From Solirubrobacterales bacterium (lineage in GTDB: Bacteria; Actinomycetota; Thermoleophilia; Solirubrobacterales; Solirubrobacteraceae), in the NCBI GenBank assembly GCA_038327685.1, contig JBBQLH010000002.1:11147-75146 (forward strand): a DNA stretch of 64,000 nt, in the 5' to 3' direction. Below, piece by piece: positions 1-8,580 of the stretch. Each line of letters begins with the position of its first letter. Positions within the stretch are counted from its first letter, which is position 1. The notes under the pieces are model-generated. The model was not told where the DNA came from. It searched no databases and saw only the letters and a list, made by a program, of their open reading frames with translations. A program made the position numbers and the translations under genes.

Positions 1-74
1 GCATCGAGGAGGCCGAGCGGCTGCTGGGCTACGAGGTCACCCAGGGCGACTACCTGCCGTCCGAGGCGCGCTAG
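1..74 (+). CDS. 3' end of upstream gene, possibly RsbR-type stressosome protein (partial)
   Basis: Frame starting at nt 3 reads IEEAERLLGYEVTQGDYLPSEAR and stops at TAG 72-74, directly before the rsbS-like start at 75. The identity rests on gene order only. Confidence 0.35.
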   Translation, partial: IEEAERLLGYEVTQGDYLPSEAR

Positions 75-449
75 TTGGCGGTCCCGATCCTCAAGCAGGG
101 CCCGGTCCTGATCGCCTCGATCCAGACGGCGCTCACGGACACGGACGTCCTGCAGCTGCGCGAGGACGTCATGAGCCAGGTCACGCGGCACCGCTCGCGC
201 GGGATCATCGTCGACGTGACCGCGCTCGACGTCATGGACTCGTTCGTGTCGCGTTCCCTGCGTGGGATCGCCCACATGACGCGGTTGCGGGGTGCCGAGA
301 CCGTGATCGTCGGCATCCAGCCCGAGGTGGCCTTCGCGATGGTGCAGCTGGGGATGAAGTTCGAGGACGTACAGACGGCCCTCGACCTCGAGGAGGGCCT
401 CGCCTTGCTGCGCACCGAGCTCAAGGAGCCGCTCGACGGTGGAGGCTGA
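75..449 (+). CDS. rsbS: STAS-domain anti-sigma-factor antagonist, RsbS-like
   Basis: 124 aa single STAS domain (GIIVDVTALDVMDSFVSRSL with the conserved Ser region). Overlaps the next gene by 11 nt. Confidence 0.8.
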   Translation: MAVPILKQGPVLIASIQTALTDTDVLQLREDVMSQVTRHRSRGIIVDVTALDVMDSFVSRSLRGIAHMTRLRGAETVIVGIQPEVAFAMVQLGMKFEDVQTALDLEEGLALLRTELKEPLDGGG

Positions 450-867
450 GAGCCGGATCGCGATCGAGTCAGACGCGGACGTGGTCACTGCCCGCCAGCG
501 GGCGCGCGAGCTGGCCGGCGAGCTCGACCTGAGCTCCACGGACCAGACGCTGCTCGCCACCGCGATCTCCGAGGTCGCCCGGAACATCACCCACTACGCG
601 ACCCGTGGCGAGGTGCGCCTGCGCGTCATCCGCAACGGCGACGGCCGGGAGGGGATCGAGGTCGTCGCCTCGGACCAGGGCCCTGGGATCGCCGACATCG
701 AGCGCGCTCTGCAGGACGGCTACACGACCGGCGGCGGCCTCGGCCTCGGGCTCCCGGGGGCGCGGCGGCTGGTGGACGAGTTCGACATCCAGAGCGGGCC
801 GAGCGAGGGCACGACGGTGACGCTCGTCATGTGGGGCCGCAGCGCGAGCAGGGGCGTGCGTGCCTGA
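439..867 (+). CDS. rsbT: RsbT-like serine kinase / anti-sigma regulatory factor (HATPase_c)
   Basis: 142 aa. Has N-box-like EVARNITHYA and G-box DQGPGI...GGGLGLGLPG. GTG start overlaps the rsbS end. Confidence 0.8.
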   Translation: MEAESRIAIESDADVVTARQRARELAGELDLSSTDQTLLATAISEVARNITHYATRGEVRLRVIRNGDGREGIEVVASDQGPGIADIERALQDGYTTGGGLGLGLPGARRLVDEFDIQSGPSEGTTVTLVMWGRSASRGVRA

Positions 868-1474
868 GGAGCCGGCCTGGCCCGCCGCGCTCGAGCGCGG
901 CGAGGCGGGCGCGCCGCTCGCGGGCGAGAGCCGCTCGGGCGACCTGGCGGTGTTCGCGCCCTATGACGGCGGCGCGCTCGTGGCCACGATCGACGGCCTC
1001 GGGCACGGCGACGCGGCGGCCGACGCGGCGGAGGCCGCCGCGGCCGTGCTGCGCGTGCGCCCGGACGAGCGCCCCGAGCCCCTGCTCCGGCGCTGCCACG
1101 ACGCCCTGCGCTCCACCCGCGGGGTCGTGGCCACGCTCGCCTGGTTCGACCTCACGACGGGCGGCTTGACCTGGACCGGGATCGGCAACGTCGAGGGCCG
1201 GCTCGTGCGCGCGGACCGGGGCCGCGGCGACTCCGATGACTCCCCCACGCTGTTCGGCGGCGTGCTCGGGTGGTCGCTGCCCTCCGTGCGGGTGGTGCGG
1301 ACCCAGCTCGCGCCCGGCGACTGCGTGGTGATGGCCACCGACGGCGTCGCCGCCGACTTCGGCTCCTCGCTGATGCCGCGCGTCCCGGCGCCCGAGCAGG
1401 CGGAGCGGGTCCTGGCCTCGCACGCGCGGGGCTCCGACGACGCGCTCGTCGTCGCCGTCCGCTACCTGCCATGA
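860..1474 (+). CDS. PP2C/SpoIIE-family phosphatase, RsbX-like
   Basis: 204 aa with IDGLGHGDAAADAA and VVMATDGV metal-binding Asp motifs. GTG start overlaps the rsbT stop. Confidence 0.75.
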   Translation: MPEEPAWPAALERGEAGAPLAGESRSGDLAVFAPYDGGALVATIDGLGHGDAAADAAEAAAAVLRVRPDERPEPLLRRCHDALRSTRGVVATLAWFDLTTGGLTWTGIGNVEGRLVRADRGRGDSDDSPTLFGGVLGWSLPSVRVVRTQLAPGDCVVMATDGVAADFGSSLMPRVPAPEQAERVLASHARGSDDALVVAVRYLP

Positions 1475-1962
1475 GCAGCATCCGGCCGTGTCGCGATGAC
1501 GAGCGCCCCGCGATCCTCGCGATCGTCAACGCCGCTGCCGAGGCCTACCGCGGCGTGATCCCCGCCGATCGCTGGCGCGAGCCCTACATGCCGGCGGACG
1601 AGCTCGACGCCGAGATCGCGGCCGGCGTGGTGTTCTGGGGCCACGAGGCGGACGGCGAGCTGGCCGGGATCATGGGCATCCAGCCGGTGCGCGACGTCGA
1701 GCTGATCCGCCATGCCTACACCGCGCCCGGCCGCCAGGGCCAGGGCATCGGCAGCGCCCTGCTCCAGCACCTGGCGAGCCGCAGCACGCGGCCGATGCTC
1801 GTCGGCACCTGGGCCGCCGCCGAGTGGGCGATCCGCTTCTACCGCCGGCACGGGTTCGAGCCGGTGCCGGCGGAGCGTGGAGCCGCCCTGCTGGAGCGGT
1901 ACTGGTCGATCCCGGGGCGCCAGGTCGAGACGTCGGTGGTGCTGGCTGGGCCTCCGAGGTAA
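1471..1962 (+). CDS. GNAT family N-acetyltransferase
   Basis: ATGA overlap with the phosphatase stop. Has GNAT motif A-like RQGQGIGSALL and RFYRRHGF. The ORF-track start at 1270 is an upstream extension. Confidence 0.8.
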   Translation: MSSIRPCRDDERPAILAIVNAAAEAYRGVIPADRWREPYMPADELDAEIAAGVVFWGHEADGELAGIMGIQPVRDVELIRHAYTAPGRQGQGIGSALLQHLASRSTRPMLVGTWAAAEWAIRFYRRHGFEPVPAERGAALLERYWSIPGRQVETSVVLAGPPR

Positions 1963-1965
1963 GCG

Positions 1966-2106
1966 CGGCGAACGTCAACTGCGGCTGGTATTGAGCAGGG
2001 TTCGGGTGTGAGTGGCGGGGGTGTGGTCACTTGACCCGAAGAATTGGGGTCAAGTGACCACACCCCCTCAAACTCACCCCTACCCAGCCGCCGTTGACGT
2101 TCGCCG
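1966..2106. repeat. 141-bp nested imperfect palindrome filling a convergent intergenic spacer (bidirectional terminator or REP/MITE-like element)
   Basis: Inner perfect 21-bp stems 2017-2037 (gggggtgtggtcacttgaccc) and 2047-2067, with a 9-nt loop. Outer 23-bp arms 1966-1988 and 2084-2106 are complementary at 22/23 positions. Confidence 0.85.
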
Positions 2107-2123
2107 GTCCTGCCGCGAACGAC

Positions 2124-2549
2124 CTACGCGCTCGCGACCCCCACCGCCGGCGACTGCGGCACCTCACAGCTCGCCCCGTCGTCGGTCCAGCAGCGGACGA
2201 TGTCGCGCACGGAGAGCACGCCCGCGGCCTCGCCGCCGTCGATCACGATCAGGTGGCGGAAGCCGCCGCGGACCATCGCGGCCGCGCCCTGCTCGAGCGA
2301 CCAGTCCGGCGCGGCGAAGACGAGGTCCGCGGTCAGGTGGTCGGCGACGCGCTCCGTGTCGGGATCCTGACCCTCGCCGATCGAGTGCAGGATGTCGCGC
2401 TCGGTGAGGATGCCGAGGCCCTGGGCTTCGGGGTCGATCACGACCGCGGCCCCGACGCGGCGCCGAGCCATCGCGGACGCTGCCTGGCGGAGCGTATGCC
2501 CCGGACCGACCGTCAGCACAATCGTGCTCATGCCGTCCCGCACCTGCAT
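2124..2549 (-). CDS. CBS-domain pair protein
   Basis: 141 aa. Two CBS-like repeats (GILTERDILHSI; GVLSVRDIVRC). Confidence 0.8.
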   Translation of the reverse strand: MQVRDGMSTIVLTVGPGHTLRQAASAMARRRVGAAVVIDPEAQGLGILTERDILHSIGEGQDPDTERVADHLTADLVFAAPDWSLEQGAAAMVRGGFRHLIVIDGGEAAGVLSVRDIVRCWTDDGASCEVPQSPAVGVASA

Positions 2550-2697
2550 CCGGCCACACCTCCGTCAGGAACGCTTGCAACGATTGCCGCAATCGTACCT
2601 CGTCGGGCCGACGGGCGGCAGGAGCGGCAACGCGCCAGCTCGGCCCGAACCGAGCATCAACAGATCCACTTGGCGCGTTCGGGCGTATTGATCCTGC

Positions 2698-3105
2698 GTG
2701 CCCACCCAGCGCCCCAACACCGTCCGTCACCGCACAAGCCTGTTCCACGACGCCGTCGCGATCGTCGAGCAGGACTACGCGAGCGAGCTCTCCCTCGACG
2801 ACATCGCCCGCCGCGTCGCGTCCTCGCGCCGCCAGCTGCAGCGCGCCTACGCCGAGATCGGCCACACGACGTTCCGCGAGCACCTCACGCGCGTGCGGAT
2901 GGAGCGGGCGGCCGAGCTCCTGGCGCGCCGCGGCCTGACCGTGCGCGAGGTCGCCCACCGGGTCGGCTACCGGCAGCCGGCCCAGTTCGCCAAGGCGTTC
3001 CGGCGCCATCAGGGCCTCGCCCCCTCCGCCTTCCGCTCCGGCGGGGCGGCCGACGACGAGGGCCATCGACCAGGCCGGCACGGCGGCTTGGCGCGCGCGG
3101 CCTAG
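2698..3105 (+). CDS. AraC-family HTH transcriptional regulator (DNA-binding domain only)
   Basis: 135 aa. LSLDDIARRVASSRRQLQRAY ... VREVAHRVGYRQPAQFAKAFRRHQGLAPSAFR is typical of AraC HTH_18. Confidence 0.8.
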   Translation: MPTQRPNTVRHRTSLFHDAVAIVEQDYASELSLDDIARRVASSRRQLQRAYAEIGHTTFREHLTRVRMERAAELLARRGLTVREVAHRVGYRQPAQFAKAFRRHQGLAPSAFRSGGAADDEGHRPGRHGGLARAA

Positions 3106-3160
3106 CCACGCCTGACGGCGCGTTCCCTCTGTCGCGCCGGTTGCATAGGATGCCGCCCCC

Positions 3161-4228
3161 ATGGGCGAGCAAGACTCTGGCCGTAAGCACCTGCTGCCCC
3201 TGCTGGCGATCGGCGCGATCGCGTCGGCCTGCGGCATCGGCCTCGGCCTGCTGATCAACTGGTTCCCCATCGCGGCCTCGGAGGAGGCCAAGCCGATCGA
3301 CACGCTGTGGGACGTCCTGCTGATCGTCTCCGTGCCGATCTTCGTGATGGTCCAGACGATCGTGCTCTACAGCGTGTGGCGGTGGCGCATGAAGCCCGGC
3401 CAGGAGCTCGAGGACGGCCCGCCGATCCACGGCAACACGCGGCTCGAGGTGATCTGGACCGCGGCCCCGGCGATCATCCTCGTCGCCCTCTGCTCCTACG
3501 CCTACGCGGTGCTCCACGACATCGAGAAGGCCGAGGCCAACGAGATGAAGGTCCGCGTCGTCGGCGAGCAGTTCACGTGGACCTTCTTCTATCCCGGTTC
3601 GGGCGGCGGCAAGGAGCTCGCCTCCAGCCAGCTCTACCTGCCCAAGGGCAAGGCGATCCGCTTCGACGTCCAGTCCAAGGACGTCCTGCACGACTTCTGG
3701 GTGCCCGCCTTCCGTCAGAAGATCGACGCGGTGCCGGGTATCACCACGCACATCCGGGTGCGCCCGATCAAGACCGGCACGTTCCCGGTCGTCTGCGCCG
3801 AGCTGTGCGGCCTCGGCCACTCCGTCATGCGCCAGAGCGCCCACGTGGTCTCGCCCGGCGCCTTCGACAAGTGGCTCGCCGACATGAAGGCCAAGGCGGC
3901 CGGCGGCGGCAAGCCGGCCGGTGGCGCTGCGGGCGGCGGCGGTGCGGCCCCCGACGCCAAGACGCTGTTCGCGAGCGGCGCCTCGCCCGCGTGCGGCTCC
4001 TGCCACACACTCGCCGACGCGGGCGCGAACGGCACGGTCGGGCCGAACCTCGACAAGGTGCTCAAGGGCAAGAACGCGGCCTTCATCCAGCAGTCGATCG
4101 AGGACCCGGGCGCCCAGATCGAGAAGGGCTTCCAGGACGGCATCATGCCGACGAACTACAAGGACACCCTCCAGCCGGAGGAGATCAAGGCGCTGACCGA
4201 TTACCTTGTCAAGGTCGCGAGCAAGTGA
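3161..4228 (+). CDS. ctaC: cytochrome c oxidase subunit II with fused C-terminal cytochrome c (caa3-type)
   Basis: Two N-terminal TM helices, CuA motif CAELCGLGHSVM, C-terminal heme motif CGSCH. Confidence 0.9.
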   Translation: MGEQDSGRKHLLPLLAIGAIASACGIGLGLLINWFPIAASEEAKPIDTLWDVLLIVSVPIFVMVQTIVLYSVWRWRMKPGQELEDGPPIHGNTRLEVIWTAAPAIILVALCSYAYAVLHDIEKAEANEMKVRVVGEQFTWTFFYPGSGGGKELASSQLYLPKGKAIRFDVQSKDVLHDFWVPAFRQKIDAVPGITTHIRVRPIKTGTFPVVCAELCGLGHSVMRQSAHVVSPGAFDKWLADMKAKAAGGGKPAGGAAGGGGAAPDAKTLFASGASPACGSCHTLADAGANGTVGPNLDKVLKGKNAAFIQQSIEDPGAQIEKGFQDGIMPTNYKDTLQPEEIKALTDYLVKVASK

Positions 4229-4241
4229 TGAGAGGAGGGTG

Positions 4242-6185
4242 ATGGCGGCGAGGTTGAGAGCTCCAGGGCTGATCCGCGCAGGGCTGTTCGTCGTGCTCGG
4301 CGTGCTGGTCGCGGCCGTGATCGTCACGATCGCGCGCGCCGCCTACGGCTTCTCGAACCCGTTCGACGGCGCCGACGGCTGGGACGTGAAGTTCCAGGAC
4401 GCGGTGCTGACCGTCGGGCTGATCTCGTCGGGCCTGTTCTTCCTCGTCGGGATCGGCGGCTTCGACTACTGGTTCTACTGGGCCTCGGGCAAGCCGACCC
4501 GCCCCGAGGACCACTCCTCCCACGGCGCGACGAGCTGGAAGGACTACTTCCGCGTCAACACCGATCACAAGGTGATCGGCATCCAGTACGTCTGCACCTC
4601 GTTCTTCTTCATGCTCGTCGGCGGTCTGCTGGCGATGCTCATCCGCGCCGAGCTGGCGGCGCCGGGCTCGCAGTTCGTCGACGCCAACGCCTACAACGGG
4701 CTGTTCAGCGTCCACGCGTCGCTGATGATCTTCCTGTTCATCATCCCGGTCTTCGCCGGGCTGGCGAACTTCGTCATCCCGCTCATGATCGGCGCGCCGG
4801 ACATGGCGTTCCCGCGCCTGAACGCGCTCTCCTTCTGGATGCTGCCGGTGGGCGGGATCATGATGGCGGCCTCCTTCCTCGCGCCCGGCGGCTCGTTCTC
4901 GACCGGCTGGACCGCCTACGCGCCGCTCTCCACGGAGGTGCCGATCGGTCAGCTGTTCTTCACGATCGGAGTCCAGTTCGCCGGCGCCTCGTCGATCGCC
5001 ACGGCGCTGAACTTCCTCGTGACGATCATCACGATGCGCGCGCCGGGCATGAGCTTCTGGCGCATGCCGCTGCTGGTGTGGGCGAACTTCTCGACCTCGC
5101 TGCTGGTCGTGATCGCCACGCCGTTCGTCGCGTCCTCCCAGTTCTTCGTCCTGCTCGACTATGCGCTGGGCTTCAACTTCTTCCAGGCCAGCAAGGGCGG
5201 TGACGTGCTGATGTACCAGCACGTCTTCTGGTTCTACTCTCACCCGGCGGTCTACATCATGATGCTGCCGGGCTTCGGGATCGTGTCAGAGATCCTCGCC
5301 GTCAAGGCCCGAAAGCCGATCTTCGGCTACCGGATGATGGCGTTCTCGCTGCTGGCGATCGTGCTGCTCGGCTTCACCGTCTGGGCGCACCACATGTTCG
5401 TCTCGGGCATGCAGAGCTGGATTCGCATCCCGATGATGGTCACGACCGCGATCATCGCCGTCCCGACGGGGATCAAGATCTTCTCCTGGCTGGCGACGCT
5501 GTGGCGGGGCGTCCTGCACGTCGACACGCCGATGCTGTTCGTGCTCGGCTTCCTGACGATGTTCACCCTCGGCGGCATCTCGGGGGTGATGCTCGCCATG
5601 GTGCCGCTGACGATCCACGTCTCGGACACCTACTTCATCGTCGCCCACATCCACTACGTGCTGTTCGGCGGCTCGCTGTTCACGATCTACGCCGGCGTCT
5701 ACTACTGGTTCCCGAAGATGACGGGCCGGATGTTCGACGAGAAGCTCGGCAAGCTGCACTTCTGGCTGACGTTCGTCGGCTTCAACGCGACCTTCGCGCC
5801 GATGCACGTGATCGGCGTGCAGGGCATGCCGCGACGGGTCGCCGACTACCCGGAGCAGTTCGCGAGCTGGAACCTGTTCATCTCGATCGCGAGCTTCGGG
5901 CTCGGGCTCTCGACGCTCGTGTTCGTCTACAACATGGTCTCGTCGTGGCGCGGCGGCGCCCGCGCGGAGGCGAACCCGTGGCGCTCGCTGACGCTCGAAT
6001 GGCAGGTCTCCTCGCCGCCCCCGATCTTCAACTTCGACAACGTCCCCACGGTCGTCGGCGGGCCCTACGAGTACGGCGTGCCGGGTGCGGTCCACGGGAT
6101 CTTCCGGCCCGCGGAGGAGGACGTCCCGACCGAGGCCGAGCCGCAAGCCGTGCCGGCCGGTGAGTCCGGCCGGAGGGACGAGTAG
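4242..6185 (+). CDS. ctaD: cytochrome c oxidase subunit I
   Basis: Multiple predicted TM helices, heme-copper oxidase signatures (WFYSHPAVYIMMLPGFG, VWAHHMF, HYVLFGG). Start is uncertain: in-frame candidates at 4206, 4239 and 4242. Confidence 0.92.
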   Translation: MAARLRAPGLIRAGLFVVLGVLVAAVIVTIARAAYGFSNPFDGADGWDVKFQDAVLTVGLISSGLFFLVGIGGFDYWFYWASGKPTRPEDHSSHGATSWKDYFRVNTDHKVIGIQYVCTSFFFMLVGGLLAMLIRAELAAPGSQFVDANAYNGLFSVHASLMIFLFIIPVFAGLANFVIPLMIGAPDMAFPRLNALSFWMLPVGGIMMAASFLAPGGSFSTGWTAYAPLSTEVPIGQLFFTIGVQFAGASSIATALNFLVTIITMRAPGMSFWRMPLLVWANFSTSLLVVIATPFVASSQFFVLLDYALGFNFFQASKGGDVLMYQHVFWFYSHPAVYIMMLPGFGIVSEILAVKARKPIFGYRMMAFSLLAIVLLGFTVWAHHMFVSGMQSWIRIPMMVTTAIIAVPTGIKIFSWLATLWRGVLHVDTPMLFVLGFLTMFTLGGISGVMLAMVPLTIHVSDTYFIVAHIHYVLFGGSLFTIYAGVYYWFPKMTGRMFDEKLGKLHFWLTFVGFNATFAPMHVIGVQGMPRRVADYPEQFASWNLFISIASFGLGLSTLVFVYNMVSSWRGGARAEANPWRSLTLEWQVSSPPPIFNFDNVPTVVGGPYEYGVPGAVHGIFRPAEEDVPTEAEPQAVPAGESGRRDE

Positions 6186-6187
6186 CC

Positions 6188-7021
6188 GTGGCCAACATCC
6201 TCGTGCTCGCGAACGAGACGATCGGCGGCGCCGGTCTGCTCGACGCCATCCGCAAGCGCCACGAGCAGGGCGACGCGCACTTCTACGTCGTCGTCCCCCA
6301 GAGCAAGCCGCGCCACGGCAACGTGATCTACGACGAGGCCGTGCGCGACTCCGCGCAGGTGCGCGTCGACCTGGCGCTGGCCTTCATGCGCGACGAGGAC
6401 ATCGACGGCTCGGGCGAGGTCGGCGACGCCGACCCGTTCAACGCCGCCATGGACGCGATCGGCGCCCACGGGATCGACGAGATCATCATCTCGACGCTGC
6501 CCGCGGTCACCTCGGGCTGGCTCAAGCGCGACCTCCCGGAGCGCCTGGAGATCGAGACCGGGCTGCCGGTCGATCACATCGTGGTCGACGTCGACTCCGA
6601 GGGCCTGCCGTTCGACGTCACGCTCGTGCTCGCCAACCAGACCGCCGCCGGCGGCGAGCTCGTCAAGCGCCTCGAGGAGCTCAACGAGGAGGGTCCGCAC
6701 CGCTTCATCGTGGTCGTGCCGCAGGACTCGGGCGACGGCACCGCCGTGCGGGCCGCGCGCGAGCGCCTCCGCGAGCTGCTGCGGTCGCTCGAGGACGACG
6801 GGATCGTCGCCGCGGGCATGATCGGCGACCCCGACCCCTACACGGCCGCCCGCAACGCGCTCGAGTACTTCCACCTCTCCGAGATCGTGATCTCGACGCT
6901 GCCGTCCAACCGCTCCGCGTGGATCGAGAAGGGCCTGGTCGAGAAGCTCGAGCGCGACAGCGGCAAGCGCGTGGTGCACATCGAGTCGAGCGCGGACGAG
7001 CCCGCCGAGGCCAGCGCCTGA
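6188..7021 (+). CDS. uncharacterised soluble protein made of two tandem ~135-aa repeats, embedded in the oxidase operon
   Basis: GTG start 3 nt after the ctaD stop, and its stop overlaps the ctaE ATG. The halves align: ILVLANETIGG..FYVVVPQ..GEVGDADPF..EIIISTLP versus TLVLANQTAAG..FIVVVPQ..GMIGDPDPY..EIVISTLP. Confidence 0.8.
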   Translation: MANILVLANETIGGAGLLDAIRKRHEQGDAHFYVVVPQSKPRHGNVIYDEAVRDSAQVRVDLALAFMRDEDIDGSGEVGDADPFNAAMDAIGAHGIDEIIISTLPAVTSGWLKRDLPERLEIETGLPVDHIVVDVDSEGLPFDVTLVLANQTAAGGELVKRLEELNEEGPHRFIVVVPQDSGDGTAVRAARERLRELLRSLEDDGIVAAGMIGDPDPYTAARNALEYFHLSEIVISTLPSNRSAWIEKGLVEKLERDSGKRVVHIESSADEPAEASA

Positions 7022-7647
7022 TGGAAGCCGCCTCGGCCACCCACGGCGCTGACGTCGGCGTCCACGACGAGCACGGCCACGGGCCGCCCGAGGCGCACCG
7101 CTCCTCGCGCGTCGAGCCCCAGCTGCTCGGCATGCTGCTCTTCATCATCTCCGAGGTGATGGTCTTCGGGGCCTTCTTCACGGCCTACTTCTTCATCCGG
7201 GTCGTGAACGGGGACCAGTGGCCGGCCGGCGGCACCGAGCTGCCGAAGCTCGTCGCCCTCGTCAACACCTGCATCCTGCTGTCGTCCTCCTTGACGATGC
7301 ACTGGGCGCTGGAGTCGGCGAAGTCCGGCAACCGGTTCGGCCTGAAGGCCGGCATCTTCACCACCTTCGGGCTCGGCGCGACGTTCCTCTTCATCCAGAT
7401 CAACGAGTACTGGCACATCGGCTTCGCACCGCAGGACCATGCTCAGGGCTCGATCTTCTACGGCCTCACGGGGCTGCACGGCGCGCACGTCGCCATCGGC
7501 CTGACCCTGCTCGCGATGACGACGGTCCGCGCCTTCCGGGGGCACTTCACCCCGGAGCAGCACCGCGGCGTCGAGGTGCCCGGCATCTACTGGCACTTCG
7601 TCGACATCATGTGGGTCATCGTCTTCACGACGGTCTACATCCTCTAG
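7021..7647 (+). CDS. ctaE: cytochrome c oxidase subunit III
   Basis: 208 aa. FFTAYFF, LTGLHGAHVAIG, YWHFVDIMWVIVF. The ORF-track start at 6085 is a spurious extension. Confidence 0.9.
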   Translation: MEAASATHGADVGVHDEHGHGPPEAHRSSRVEPQLLGMLLFIISEVMVFGAFFTAYFFIRVVNGDQWPAGGTELPKLVALVNTCILLSSSLTMHWALESAKSGNRFGLKAGIFTTFGLGATFLFIQINEYWHIGFAPQDHAQGSIFYGLTGLHGAHVAIGLTLLAMTTVRAFRGHFTPEQHRGVEVPGIYWHFVDIMWVIVFTTVYIL

Positions 7648-7651
7648 CTCC

Positions 7652-7762
7652 ATGCTGAACCCGCTCCGCTCCGAGGCGGAGGCGTTCCGCTTCCTCGTCT
7701 ACGTCGTCATCGTCTTCGCGATCGTCGTCGCGCTCGTCCTGCTCGGCCGCGCGCTCTTCTGA
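7652..7762 (+). CDS. 36-aa single-TM micro-protein (candidate small oxidase subunit)
   Basis: ATG 5 nt after the ctaE stop. Reads MLNPLRSEAEAFRFLVYVVIVFAIVVALVLLGRALF with GC3-rich codons. Too short for the ORF track. Confidence 0.45.
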   Translation: MLNPLRSEAEAFRFLVYVVIVFAIVVALVLLGRALF

Positions 7763-7776
7763 GCGACACTTAGGGC

Positions 7777-8580
7777 ATGGCCATCGTCCTCTGGCTCATC
7801 GTCCTGGAGGCGCTCTACGTGCGCGCGCTGCGGATCCTGCGTCGGCGGGGCGTGGCGGTCCCGACCCCGCAGGTCGTCGCCTGGCACGGCGCGATGGCGC
7901 TGTGGATCGCCGGATTGCTCAGCCCGATCGACGATCTCGGCGACGACGGCCTCGCGTTCCACATGCTCCAGCACCTGCTGATCGCCGACATCGCGGCGCC
8001 GCTGACGCTGATCGGGCTGCGCAACCCCGTGCTGGCCTTCTTCCTCCCCCGCGACGTCCTCGTGCCACTGGCGCGGTCGCGGCGGTTGCGCGGCGCGTTC
8101 CGCACCCTGCGCAAGCCGCTGGTCGCGCTGCCCGTCTACGTGCTCGTGCTCTACGCCTGGCACTTCTCGGTCTTCTTCGACGCGGCCGTGCGCCATCCGC
8201 TCGTGCACGCGCTCCAGCACTCGTCGTTCATCGCGATCGGCGTGATCGTCTGGTGGTCGGTGCTCGAGCCCAAGCGCCGGCGGCTGCGCGGCGAGCTGTG
8301 GAAGATCGGCCACATCCTGGCGGCGCGCTTCCTCGGCATGTTCCTCGGGATGTGCTTCGTCCTGATCCGGCAGCCGATCTACACCGACGTCTACGGGCGC
8401 GGCGAGCGCGCGCTCGGGCTGAGCCCGATCCACGACCAGCAGCTCGCCGGCGGGATGATGGTCGTGCTCGACATCCTCCTGATGGTGGGCGCGCTCGCCT
8501 TCTTCTTCCAGCGCGCGGGCCAGCAGTACGACACGGACGAGCGGCGGGCGGAGGCCCGGCGCGGCGCCGCGCTCACTTGA
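7777..8580 (+). CDS. ctaG: cytochrome c oxidase assembly factor CtaG (caa3_CtaG family membrane protein)
   Basis: 267 aa polytopic protein. Has HMLQHLLIADIAAPL and HALQHSSF motifs typical of the family. Confidence 0.8.
   Translation: MAIVLWLIVLEALYVRALRILRRRGVAVPTPQVVAWHGAMALWIAGLLSPIDDLGDDGLAFHMLQHLLIADIAAPLTLIGLRNPVLAFFLPRDVLVPLARSRRLRGAFRTLRKPLVALPVYVLVLYAWHFSVFFDAAVRHPLVHALQHSSFIAIGVIVWWSVLEPKRRRLRGELWKIGHILAARFLGMFLGMCFVLIRQPIYTDVYGRGERALGLSPIHDQQLAGGMMVVLDILLMVGALAFFFQRAGQQYDTDERRAEARRGAALT

Noticed and set aside
2885-4327. 480-aa minus-strand ORF (also 2094-3254 and 2164-3303)
   Set aside because: Antisense to, or out of frame with, AraC and ctaC. Arg/Pro/Gly-rich translations without domain signatures.
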